Shown here in pieces: positions 13,281-24,884 of a stretch of 64,000 bases of DNA. The notes below the pieces were generated by a model, which was not told the origin of the DNA, did no database searches, and saw only the letters and a program-made list of their open reading frames with translations. How positions within the stretch are numbered: the stretch's first letter is position 1; each line of letters begins with the position of its first letter. Both the position numbers and the translations under genes were made by a program. The DNA is from Callorhinchus milii (lineage: Eukaryota). Where the stretch lies: positions 138,882,001 to 138,946,000 of the forward strand of contig NW_024704742.1 of the NCBI RefSeq assembly GCF_018977255.1, read 5' to 3'.

Positions 13281-13359
13281 CAATCTGCTCAGCCCTGCAG
13301 ACGTTTCTCACGTGTGAAGAGCTACCAGTGTCAGATTGTAAACATTAACATATACACAC

Positions 13360-13463
13360 CCGGTCCATGATCCCCATGGCTTTAATTTTGGCAGATTCGC
13401 TGCTCAGCTCATTCAGTTGTTGTTTCCCCAGCAGCAGTTCCTGAGGGACCTCATCTTCATCCC
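13360..13463 (-). CDS. NIPBL: NIPBL coding exon (exon 15 equivalent), 104 nt
   Basis: Manual translation (G)DEDEVPQELLLGKQQLNELSSESAKIKAMGIMDR. Acceptor ctctacag, donor CGG|gtgtgt, phase 1-0. Confidence 0.95.
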
Positions 13464-14099
13464 CTGTAGAGAGAACAGCAAGTGAGACCCATTGTGTCAC
13501 CTGGAGCAACTGTCACACAACTCTGAGTTCGTCCAACAAAAGGAAACAGGGACGTTAAAAACAATGTCAATAAAACAAGTAATAATAATAATAATTCCAC
13601 CACTTAATATATTGCTTTTCACGTGCTCGAGACGTCTCAAAGCACTTCACAGAATATACTGTAAAGTGAATTAACTGTATATTTGTGGGTGAAACGCGGC
13701 AGCCAATTGGGCACAGCAATGTCCCACAAACAGTCATGGATTGACCAATTTATTATTTTTTTTTCTTCAGGGATTATTATTAGGTGTGTGGAGTAAGGAA
13801 ACTTGCCCAAGGTTTCACCCAGTTTTCCCAGTTTTTTCCAGATGTCTCGCTTGCAAGGCGAGTGCTCTAACCATTGAGTTACAGGACTCCTGTATCCTGT
13901 AATCACTGAGTACAGACTCCTGTTTTCATGCGGTCTTCACAGTCTTCAAAACTTCTCAAAGCGCTTCACAGAATCTAGCGCTTATACACTGTAATATATT
14001 GTAAAGTGAAATGACTCCCTCATCCATCTTAGTGGGACCACACACACATGGTTTAAGTCCTACTTAACTAACCGCCAATAATACATCTCACAAATGGTT

Positions 14100-14525
14100 T
14101 CTCCTCCCGTCCCTGCCCGGACATGCTCCCTCCCTCTCGACGATGTCACAGGGTCAACTTTCACATGTATGTGAATGACACCCAAATCTACTTCTCCTCC
14201 CTCATCTGTAACTCCCAGTCCGCTGAGGTCCTGTCAGCCTGTTTGACAGACATCAAGCCCTGGATGAACACAAATTTCCTGCAGCTGAATATCGATTAGC
14301 CGAAAGCCATACTCTTTGGCTTCTGTCAACGTCTTCTCTCCTGCAGGTCTGAACTCCTCAACCTCCTCGGGCTCTCCCTCAGAGTCTCCAAATCCATGTG
14401 CAACTTAGGCATCAGTTCAATCCCCAGCTTTCCTTTCTGACCACATCCATTCTCTGACCAGAATCGCTTGTTTCCACCTCCAAACACCGCCTTTCTTCAC
14501 AACTGACACAGCTGAAATCCTCGTA
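14100..14525 (+). mobile_element. L2 LINE RT C-terminal fragment
   Basis: Degenerate FHMY.NDTQIY and WMNTNFLQLN motifs. Confidence 0.7.
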
Positions 14526-14544
14526 TCACACTCGTACCAGTATT

Positions 14545-14690
14545 GTCAGTTCTGACGAAGGGTCGTGGACCCGAAACGTTGACTCACTTTCCTTCCTTCA
14601 TCGATGCTGCCTGACCTGCTGAGTGTTTCCAGTAACTTCTGTTTTTGTTTCAGATTTTCAGCATCTGCAGTATTTGGGTTTTGTTTATTA
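14545..14690 (+). mobile_element. Penelope-like terminal repeat (solo)
   Basis: Same sequence (GATGCTGCCTGACCTGCTGAGTGTTTCCAG...TTTCAGATTTTCAGCATCTGCAGTA) adjoins the GIY-YIG element at 61544-62651. Confidence 0.8.
14548..14584 (+). ncRNA. Minimal type I hammerhead ribozyme (Penelope-associated)
   Basis: AGTT-CTGACGA-A-GGGTC gtg GACCC-GAAA-CG-TT-GACT: intact CUGANGA/GAAA core, 5-bp stem II, AGUU/GACU stem I, palindromic CG stem III. Confidence 0.8.
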
Positions 14691-14980
14691 GTATTGTAGC
14701 AACAAGTGACAGTGTATTTTGTGGGCCAACACAGCAGCAAAACTTCCTTCTCTTATCGTATATTGCCACAAAATCTCTAATGTCTACCTGAAGAGGCAAA
14801 CAGACGGCTCCTGTGAAAGTCTAATGCGATACATGACACCCCAACCTCCAGCACCTGGAGCATCAGCCTAGAGTGATGTCCCAATGTGGGGCCTGTGGAG
14901 AGGCCACAATGTAGATCAATGGACAGACCAGAAGAGCCTTTTAGTTTACCCTGTAGTCTGGCTTTCAGCGACTAACTCAC

Positions 14981-15070
14981 CCAATGCAGTAAAGTCCATA
15001 TCTTCCAAGTTTTCCAGGATATTTTCAACTGTCCCTGTGAATCGTTTGAATGTTGAGGAATCCATCATTT
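14981..15070 (-). CDS. NIPBL: NIPBL coding exon (exon 14 equivalent), 90 nt
   Basis: Manual translation (E)MMDSSTFKRFTGTVENILENLEDMDFTAL. Acceptor attacag, donor G|gtgagt. Confidence 0.95.
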
Positions 15071-15636
15071 CTGTAATACAACAACTACTGGTTCAATAGT
15101 GCACTGTTACTGGAATCCGCTTCCTTCATAGTGTTCAGTTCAATCAAAAGTTTTTCTTCATAATAATAATCCTTGCATTTAATATAGCACCTTATCATGT
15201 CTTTGAGACGTATCAAAGCGCTTCACAGAATATACTGTAAAGTGAATTGACTGCACACTTTGTGAGTGAAACGCAGCAGCCAACTGTATGCACAGCAGTG
15301 AGTGTCCCACAAACAGTTGTGGATTGAGTGACCAAATTATTATCATTTATTGTTTTAAAAGGATTATTACCCCCAGAAAAGCGATCCACCAATCGACTAA
15401 CAGTTGGGTTCCTACTTACTGCTGGTAAACAGAGGGGTGGTGGAGTAAGGAAACTTGTCTAAGGTTTTGCCTTGCCTGGGCATCAAACGCAGGTCCTCTC
15501 GCTTACGAGGCGAGTGCTCTAAATACTGAGATGCAGGACTTCAGTTTTACTTCGAAACGGTGAAATCAAATGCTTTTTGGGACAAATCTGACCCTGCCAG
15601 GCTCTGTGCTTGTCAGTGTCAGTGTGAGGATCTTAC

Positions 15637-15708
15637 CTTCCGGAGTAAGTTTGGGTTCGTAAGCTTTCCTCTTCTTTTGTTTCTCTCTTTTCCTCATCTT
15701 TTTGGCAA
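15637..15708 (-). CDS. NIPBL: NIPBL coding exon (exon 13 equivalent), 72 nt
   Basis: Manual translation (I)AKKMRKREKQKKRKAYEPKLTPE. Acceptor ttttacag, donor G|gtaaga. Confidence 0.95.
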
Positions 15709-16277
15709 CTGTAAAAGTTTAAAATGGTTTAGGATCTTATTAATCCCACATAAGATAGAAGTACATAGAACACTGCAGCATGGAAACAGGCCATTCAGAC
15801 CAACTGATCCATGCTGGTGTTTATATTCCACAAGCTTCCACACCCCAGGACCTTAGATTTATGTCTTATCTGAAGGACAGCACCTCCCACAATTGACTGA
15901 CTGTCAGTCAATTCCGTATGATTTCCCTTAAGAAGTAAAAGGCAACTAAGTCATGGCACAGTGGCTGAAAGCACAGTCACTGATGGTGGAACAGAGGGCC
16001 CAAGGGACATGCCAGTCCCTTGTGCCCTCCGAGCCAGTCGAGCAGAGGCAGCAGTAGTGGGTTGGGGAGTAAGTAGATCAGAGAGGTCGGAAGGTGCCAG
16101 GGCATGAAAGGATTTGTAAATGAGCTTGAGGATGTTGAAATCAATCTGTTCGGCGATAGGGAGCCAGGCAAGGACTGGGGTGATGGGAGTGCAATCTGCT
16201 TTGTGAAAGCTGCTGAAGGAAGGTGTGAGGAAATGCAATTACTCTCACTGAGGGAAGGTGGAGGCGAATGCACTTAC

Positions 16278-16472
16278 TTTCACTGAGACTCGGTGGGGGA
16301 GAACCCTCCTCAGACTCTGGGCTCTTCTCCCGATACCTGCTGCTCCCTGAGCTTCTTCTGCCATCGTGAGAATGGCTGCTTTTTCGCAACTCATTTAAGA
16401 CACGCCGGTCTCGATCTTCACACTCCCAGGCTTTATCCACCTCCTTGTCCTTCTTGTGTCTCTTTCTAGAGG
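16278..16472 (-). CDS. NIPBL: NIPBL coding exon (exon 12 equivalent), 195 nt
   Basis: SRKRHKKDKEVDKAWECEDRDRR...SHSHDGRRSSG...SPPPSLSE. Acceptor ctccag, donor A|gtaagt. Confidence 0.94.
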
Positions 16473-17219
16473 CTGGAGATCAGCAAGAGATACATAGCAA
16501 TTAGTTTATCTTTATTACATTTACTAATACAATTGACAGGTTTAAGTAGAGAATGAAGTGAGGCAGATGGTAATATTAATTAGATTCCAATGCTGCTTTT
16601 GAACAAAATATAGGTATTGGTAAAAAAAACAGAATTGGATACACGAAAGGAATAAGAGAATGGTTACTTAGAATCATAGAATTTTACAGCACAGAAAGGG
16701 ATTCGGCCCATCGTGCCTGTGCTGCCTCTTTGAAAAAGCTACCAACTAGTCCCGCTCCCCCACTCTTACCCCATAGCCCTGCACATTGTTAAGTACCCAT
16801 TTAATTCCACCACCTTTTCAGGCAGTGCATCCCAGACTGAGGAGAGTGCTCTGAGCACTGAGTTACAGGACTCCATGATGGGGAAAGGCAGGTAAAGGGA
16901 TTCCTCCCTTTGGAATAGATTGCTCTTTCAAAGAGCAGCACAGCACGATGGGCCGGATGGCTGGCCACATTCTGTGCTGTAAATTCCTATGACTCTAAAC
17001 TGCAGAAATAACAGGATTATAATTATGGATTATCCAAAGATCGTTTGAAATGTAGGGCACAGGAGGAGGCAACTCATGTTCTCCAAACCGCATCCATCCT
17101 AATCCAAATAATAAAAATCCTTACATATGTTAGCGTCTTTCATGTCAGGGGGACATTTCAAAACACTTCAAAGGATTTATTGTAAAATAATAATCCTTGA
17201 ATTGATATAGTGCCTTATC

Positions 17220-18272
17220 TCCACAAACGGCTTCTCCTCCTGCACCGTCTCGTGTGGCATTCCTCGGGGCTCTGTGCTTGGTGCCCTCCTCTTCAACCTG
17301 TACATGCTCCCTCTTGGGAGACATCATCCAGACATGGGGTCAAATTTCACAAGTACGCAGATCACACACAAATCTACCTCTCTGCCTCCACCCTCGACTC
17401 CAGGACTCACTACTGCCCTGACAGAATGTCTGTCAGACATTAATTCCTGGATGAGAGCGAACTTTCTACAGTTGAACGTCAGCAAGACCGAGCTTCTGAT
17501 TGGCTCCCGTCAGTGCCTCCACACCTCAGGAACTAGCAGCATCAGCATCCACGGATGCACACTCCACCTCACCAAGCCAGTGAGGAACTAGGTGTCTTGT
17601 TTGACCCTGAACTGTCCTTTCTCCCCCACATCTATGCCATGACCCGCTCTGCCTTCCCCACCTCCACTGCATCACCCGACTCCGCCAGTGCCTCACCTCT
17701 CAGATTGCCGAAACCTTCATACACCCTTTCATTACATCCAGGCTTGACTATGCCAACACCCTGCTTGTCGGCCTCCAACTCTTCCCTCAACAAGCTGCAG
17801 ATCATCCAGAACTCTGCAGCTCGTGTCCTCTCCCACACCAGACTCCGTGACCCCATCACCCTCACTCGGCTCCACTGGCTCCCCATCCCCCAGAGGTTAT
17901 AGTTCAAAATCCTCACCCTCACCGCCTCCATGGCCTTGCCCCCTCCTATTTCTCCGACCTGCTAACCCCATATCAACCTGTCCGCTTCCCCTGCTCAGCG
18001 GGCTCCAGTCTGCTCCATCGCCGGTCAGGCCTTCAGCCTCTCTGCCCCCACCCTCTGGAACTCCATCCCACATTCCCTTCACCTCGCTCCCTCCCTTGCC
18101 TCCTTCAAGCTACACCTCAAGACCCTCCTCTTTGGCCATGCCTTCGGCCTCCCTCTACCCTCTCTGGCACCCCCCCCCCACCCCCCTCACCCCAATGGTC
18201 CTAATCCCTGACTGTTCACCTGCTTGGGACGTCCTCCCGACGTGAAAGGTGCTTTACAAATGTAATTTTATT
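17220..18272 (+). mobile_element. L2 LINE 3' portion
   Basis: LGALLFNLYMLPLG, FHKYADHTQIY, WMRANFLQLNVSKTE, LHWLPIPQR, tail GGGACGTCCTCCCGACGTGAAAGG. Confidence 0.88.
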
Positions 18273-18547
18273 GCATCAGGTCTTCAAGACGTGTATACTT
18301 TGATTGCACACAGCAGTGTTCCACAAAAGTCTGGGTTTGAATGACAAAATTATCATTTATTTTAAAGAGATTATTACCCCTGGAAAAGCTATCCGCCTAT
18401 TGATTAACAACCGGGTTCTTACTTACTGCTAGGCACAGAGGGGTGTGGAGTCAGGAAACTTGCCTAACGTTTCACCCTGCTTGGAAATCAAACCCAGGTC
18501 TCTCTTGCGAGGCAAGTGCTCTGACCACTAAGGTACAGGACTCCGAT

Positions 18548-18875
18548 GTAGTGATCATGCATTTTGTAGGTGAACATAGCAGTCAAACTGCAGCAAGCAA
18601 GGCCCACAAACTGCCATAAAATGAATGACCAATTTTGTTTGGGGCATCGTTGGCCATGACACTGGGAGAAACTCCCTTTTCTTTGCAAATAACTCCTCGG
18701 GATCTTTAACATCCACCTGAACATCCAGACGAGTCCTTGGCTTAACATCTCATCTGAAGGATTGTATCTCCGTGGACCATAAGCCAAGGCTAGGTACGTT
18801 CCAACTTGGGGCTTGAGTCACAACCTTCGGACTCGGAGGAGAGAGTGCTACGAAATGTGCCAGGCTGACATCAGA
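18548..18875 (-). mobile_element. Old Deu-domain SINE (similar copies about 24420-24680 and 60940-61240)
   Basis: Minus-strand GATGTTAAAGATCCC...GGGAGTTTCTCCCAGTGTCATGGCCAA Deu-like motif. Confidence 0.6.
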
Positions 18876-19120
18876 AGTAACACAGATATATTCAAAAATA
18901 AGATGAATAGACTGCAAACTAAACAGAAATCCCTGTTTAAAAACCAGGGTTGGAAATTGTCAGACAGATGTGCTTCCAGTCAGTGAGTGGAACTAATCTG
19001 CGCTTGTGGGACGTCAATGATCACCGGGCATCGACGGCTTGAACCTGAGCCCACTAGAGGGAGACACAGAGCAAATGTTCCCAACTCAGCTGATGGGAGT
19101 TCTGTTTGTGATGGAACCTG

Positions 19121-19850
19121 AGTGTGTGTGTGGGGTGTGTGTCTGTGTGTGGGGGGTGTGTGTGCAGGCGTGTGGGGTGTGTGTGCAGGTGTGTGGGGTG
19201 TGTGTGCAGGTGTGTGGGGTGTGTGCAGGCGTGTGGGGTGTGTGTGCAGGCGTGTGGGGTGTGGGGTGTGTGTGCAGGCGTGTGGGGTGTGGGGGTGTGG
19301 GGGTGTGTGGTGTGCAGGCGTGTGTGTGCAGGCGTGTGGGGTGTGTGCAGGCGTGTGGGGTGTGTGTGCAGGCGTGTGGGGTGTGTGTGCAGGCGTGTGG
19401 GGGGTGTGTGCAGGTGTGTGGGGTGTGTGTCTGCGTGTGTGGGGTGTGTGTGCAGGCGTGTGGGGTGTGTGTGCAGGCGTGTGGGGTGTGTGTCTGTGTG
19501 TGTGGGGTGTGTGTGCAGGCGTGTGGGGTGTGTGTGCAGGCGTGTGGGGGGTGTGTGCAGGTGTGTGGGGTGTGTGTCTGCGTGTGCAGGGTGTGTGTGC
19601 AGGCGTGTGGGGTGTGTGTGCAGGCGTGTGGGGTGTGTGTCTGCGTGTGTGGGGTGTGTGTGCAGGCGTGTGGGGTGTGTGTCTGGGTATGTGTGCAGGT
19701 GTGTGGGATATGTGTCTGTGTGTAGTTGTGTGTGTGGTCTGTGAGGTGTGTGTATGTGGTGTGTGTTGGGTGTGTGTAGTATGTGCAGCTGCAAATGTGT
19801 GTGTGTGAATGTGTATGAGTGTGTGTGTGTCTATCTGTGTGTGAGAGACT
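19121..19850. repeat. GT-rich compound micro/minisatellite
   Basis: GTGTGGGGTGTGTGTGCAGGC-type units. Confidence 0.95.
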
Positions 19851-20388
19851 CATCTCTTGTATCCAATATTAAGATCTCATTACGCCCACAAAACCTACAG
19901 TCAATTCACTTTACAGTGTATTCTGTGAAGCGCTTTGAGACGTCTCGATAACGTGATAAGGTACTATATCAAATGCAAGGATTATTATTATTATTATGTT
20001 ACACAAAACAATGGGAGTAAGTCCAGTGCAATGTACAATTTTTACCTCAAATGTGTTCGCTCATCTTTGAACAGCGTTGAATGTGAAGCATTGTTGTGCA
20101 CAATTGAAGCATTTTGTTTGGCCATCCGAGTGTCTGACACTTACGGAAACCCATCACTGTGCTTAAGAGTCTCCAAACCAAGCTGAGATTTCCATGTATC
20201 CCACCTACACACGGAAATCTCAGAGAGAGATTGTTGGAATGGAATGAGCTCTCTCTCCCTGGAGAGAAACATCCAATATAAAGAGAGGTACTCCTGAGTA
20301 ATCCTAACTAGCATCAGACCATTTCAAAGCCACACATTACATGTAGATATTTCTAAATGGATTTCTAAGTGCTGTCAGAACTACTTAC

Positions 20389-20574
20389 ATTCAAAGTCTT
20401 GTTCGCTATCATTGTCACCCTCGTCCGAGCTGATTTCGGCATAGTTTGGCTTCTCCTTCACTGTGCTGCGCTTCCGTTTGATCATCTTCACTCGCTCACA
20501 CAGCGGCATGGTGGACTCGATCTCAGCAACAAGATCTGGGGGCAGCTCCTTCAGCACTGACTGGTCAATGCCAC
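20389..20574 (-). CDS. NIPBL: NIPBL coding exon (exon 11 equivalent), 186 nt
   Basis: GIDQSVLKELPPDLVAEIESTMPLCERVKMIKRKRSTVKEKPNYAEISSDEGDNDSEQDFE. Acceptor tgacag, donor T|gtaagt. Confidence 0.96.
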
Positions 20575-20684
20575 CTGTCACCAAGAACATGGTCAAATCT
20601 AAACAACCTGCAGGAACAGAGAGCCTTTCATCCAGAAATAAATTCCGCAAAGCCCTTTACAAAATGCTGTTGATCAGAAATCAA

Positions 20685-21700
20685 CAACTTACATTTATAT
20701 GGCGCCCTTCATGCCGGGCGGCGCCTCAGAGCTTAACAGTGGCTGAGCCTGATGCCGAGCCAGGGGGAGGGGGAAGGTGACCTCAGGTACGGTCGAAGAG
20801 GAAGGTTTTCAAGCGTAACCTGAAAATAGGGAGAGGGCGAAGGCGAAAGGATTGAGGGAGAGATTTCCACAGCTTCGGGATGTAGTGACTGAAAGCACAA
20901 CCACTGAAGGTGGGATGGAGTGTCCAGGGACAAGGAGGAGGCCGGAGCCAGTCCAGCAGAGGCAGCGAGTAGCTGTGTAGGGAGAAAGCAGGTTGGAGAG
21001 ATGGGTGGGGTGTGGCCAGGGCGTGAAGAGATTTAAATACAAGAATGAGGATCTTGGAATCGATCCGCTCTGTGACAGGGAGTCAATGGAGTTTGACAAG
21101 GACTGAGGTACAGAGTTTATTGTGGGTGAGAATGTGGGCGGCGGAGTTTTGAATCAGGTGAATAGTGGAGCAGGGGAGACCGGCAAGGAGGGAGGTGACA
21201 AAGCCATGGACAAGGGTTTCGGTAGCTTTTGGAGTGAGGTACGGACGGAGGTGGGCAATGTGGCAGAGTGGAGGAGAGCCGTCCTGCCCAGGGACCAGAT
21301 GTGTGATAGAAAGGAAAGCTGGAGGTCCAACCTGGTGCCTAAGTTGCACCAGGTTCAATGTTTTCCTCGACACTGAGGTCTTGGATGGTCTTTTATTGAA
21401 GAGGGAGCGGACATTCTGTCGGCCGATGCGGAGGGGACAGTTGGTTGGTGGTGGAATGTGGGGGAGAGGGGGGGAGGTCCGACACGGAAGGTGGGGATGT
21501 GGATGAGGGAGGAGAGGTTGGCCCACGGGGTCAGGGACCGATGGGCCTTGCGGTCGGCCTGACGGAGGATTTGCCGGAGCAGAGGGAGGCTGTGGGTCGG
21601 TCGAGCAGGGACAGGAGTCGGGGAGGACGGTGGGAGAAGAGGATTAGTGATTAGATCAGGATTAGAGGACGGTGGCAGACAAGGGTGGGAGCATTATGGA
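20685..21700 (-). mobile_element. L2 LINE, internally deleted (5' region fused to 3' end near 21360)
   Basis: HIAHLRPYLTPKATETLVHGFVTS...IQNSAAHILT. The upstream part resembles the L2 5' region at 58250-58560. Confidence 0.8.
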
Positions 21701-22544
21701 GAAACAGCTTGGGTCAGTGGCGGCAGCTAAAATGTGCACACCGAGAGTAAGAGCACTCGCCTCGCAAGCGAGAAGACCATAGTTTGATTTCTGGGCAGGG
21801 CAAAACAGTGGGCAAGTTTCCTTACGCCACACGTCTGTTTACCTAGCAGTAAGTAGGATCCTGGTCATTGGCAGTTTGCCAAAAAAATAACAATTTGGTC
21901 ACTGAATCTGTGACTGTTTGTAGGACACTCACTACTGTGCACAATTGGCTGCCGCGTTTCACCCAAAAAATATACAGTCAATTCACTTTACTGTATATTC
22001 TGTGAAGCGCTTTTGAGACGTCTCAAAGACGTGATAGGGCACTGTATCAAATATAAGGATTATACAGTTAAAAACCCAGTTTGCGGTCAGCAATCCAGCC
22101 ACCTCACAATTGCGGGCCATTTTCAAAGTCATTGTCTATGTTAAAAGACAGGTTGTCTGCTTCAGTAAACCAGGCACCTCACTATTCAGGACAACGGTCA
22201 TTGATTGTGGCCACTACAACGGTACAAATGCGGTACAAACCTCCCCTCCGTTACTATCCTGTACACAGAGCGCTAGGCCTCAGGCCACAGGTGCTGTTTG
22301 CTCGACGCTTCTACTGTGGGCGTAGTGGGCTCCTGTCGCTCATGCGCGTCACGGGGAGTGTTTAGATCGTGGAAGCGGTGCAAGCATAAAATCGACTTCG
22401 CCTGGTGCCTGGAGCCTAACCTTTCCACTAGGGACCAGGGACACTGAGGAACAAGACCCACAGGAGAAGGAACAGGAAAAGCAGCCTCAAACATCAAAGA
22501 CCCCTCTCATTTATGCTGAGGAACTGGGTATGTTGGGACAAGTA

Positions 22545-23470
22545 AAGGATGTTTTCCTTGACTTATCGATATAAATGACTTGGACTTGGGTATAGGGAGT
22601 ACAAAGTTTTCAGATGATACGAAGCTAGGAAAATCATAAACAATCATGAGGATGGAAGCAGAGTGCAAGAGGACATAGACAACAACAACAAAATTACATT
22701 TATAGAGCGCCTTTCACATCGGGAGGAGGTCCCAAAGCACTGAGACACAGACTGGTAACATGGGCCGACACGGGGCAGATGGCGTTTAATGTGGAGAAAT
22801 GCAAAGTGATGGAGTTTGTGAGGAAGAATGAGGAGAGGCCATATAAGCTGATGGTACAATCTTAAAGGGGGTGAAGGGACAGAGAGACCTGGGGGTCATA
22901 TAGTAAATCTCTGAAGGTGACCGGACAGGTAGATACAGCTGTTAATAAAGCATCCGGACACGAGGCTTTATAAATAGGGCATAGAATACACAAGTCAGGA
23001 AGTCACGATGAACCTTTATATAAATCACTGGTGGGGCCTCAGCGAGAGACTGGGCTCAGTTCTGGGCCCCACACTTTAGGAAGGATGTCAAGGCATTGGA
23101 GAGGGAGCGAAGGAGATTGACCAGAATGGTACCAGGAATGAGGGCCTTCAGTGATCAGGAGAGGCAGAGAAGTGAGGATTATTCTCCGGGGAACAGAGAG
23201 GGTTAAGGGGAAACTTAATAGAAGTTTTCAAAATGATGAGGGGATTCGATAGAGTGAACAGGAGAGACTATTCCCACTGGCGGTGGGTCGGGAACCCGAG
23301 GGCACCGGTTTAAAATGGTTATTAAAAGAAACAGAGGGGAGGGGAGGAGTAATGTTTACACAGCGAGTTGTTGGGATCTGGAATGCATTTCCTGAAAGGC
23401 TGAGGGAAGACAATTCCATAACAACTTTTAAGAGAGTAATTATTTTGGGAGGACAAGTGTGCAGGGCTAT
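22545..23470 (+). mobile_element. CR1 LINE 3' portion, with a short L2 tail inserted at about 22680-22742
   Basis: WQMAFNVEKC, FTQRVVGIWNAFP. Confidence 0.85.
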
Positions 23471-23742
23471 GGGGGTTGGGGGGGAGTGGGGTTGATCAGG
23501 GCTATGGGGGGGGGGGGGGAGTGGGGTTGATCAGGGCTATGGGGGGGGGGGGGGAGTGGGGTTGATCAGGGCTATGGGGGGGGGGGGGGAGTGGGGTTGA
23601 TCAGGGCTATGGGGGGGGGGGGTGGGGTAGATCAGGGCTATGGGGGGGGGGGGAGTGGGGTGATCAGGGCTATGGGGGGGGGGGGGAGTGGGGTTGATCA
23701 GGGCTATGGGGGGGGGGGGGGAGTGGGGTTGATCAGGGCTAT

Positions 23743-23783
<41 letters not shown>

Positions 23784-23815
23784 GTGGGGTTGATCGGGGC
23801 TATGGGGGGAGTGGG
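23460..23815. repeat. G-rich minisatellite derived from the CR1 3' region
   Basis: CAGGGCTAT(G)nAGTGGGGTTGAT units. Confidence 0.9.
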
Positions 23816-24884
23816 AGAGAGTCCCCGAAGTGCTCCGCTCCACCCTCGGCGGCTGTGCCTTCAGCCCCTGTGCCCCGAGGCTCTGGAACTGCCTTCCTCA
23901 CTCCCTTCGTCTCGCCCCTCTCTTCCCATTTTCAGGTCTCTGCTGAAGACCTTTCTTTTCGACCGCACCTTTGGTCACCTTCTTCCCCTCCCCCTGACTC
24001 GGCCCTGGGATCCGTTACTGTGAAGCGCTCTGAGACGCCGTCTGGCGTGGAGCGCGCTATATAAATCCAAGTTGTTGTTGTTGAGAGCGGGGAGTGGGAT
24101 TGATTTGGAAGCTCTTATAAAAGAGCCGAAAGAGACACAATGGGCTAAATGGCCTCCTTCTGTGCTGTATAATTCTATGATCTGTTTTAAATGTGACAAT
24201 GCCTTTATTTTAGTGAGTTTGGTTGTTGAATGTTCATCCTATATAATTTTAAAGATCATTATGTTCATCCTATACAATCCTTGAGTGACCTGCTCCCTCC
24301 CTGACCCCAGCTCGGGTCTAAAATGCTGTACTCTTGTCCAGTGCCTTGGGACGTCCTCCCGACGTGAAAGGCGCTATACAAATGTAATCTTGTTGTTGTT
24401 GTTCTACTGCATTATTGAAGTGTAGTGACTATGTATTTTGTAGACAAACTTGGAAGCCAATTTGTGCATAGCAGTGTCTCACAAATAACCATGAAGTGAA
24501 TGGCTGAATGACAAATTTTATGCCAAACTTTACACCTAGAGGAACTTTCTTCTCTTTTCGAGCAGTGCCACAGGTTCTTTAATGTCCAACTGAACATGCA
24601 GACAGCAATCTCAATTCAGTGTCTCATCCGAAGGACGCACCTCTGACAAGGTACTGTTCCTACAGCACTGTATTGGAGTGTCTGTCTAAACTGAGTTCAA
24701 CATAGGAACTGCTAGATGAAAAAAGACCAAGGTGCATCTCGCTCACCTTCTCCCATCCTGGCCGTGGCTCTAATAATAATGGAGATGTTGACAAATCATC
24801 GAATAGTCTATAATAACCCTTGCATTTGATGTAGCACTTTATCACATCTTCGAGACGTCTCAAAGCACTTCACACTCAACCCCA

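Noticed and set aside
19039..19853. Cys/Val-rich and His/Thr-rich ORFs in several frames
   Set aside because: Read-through of a GT-rich satellite.
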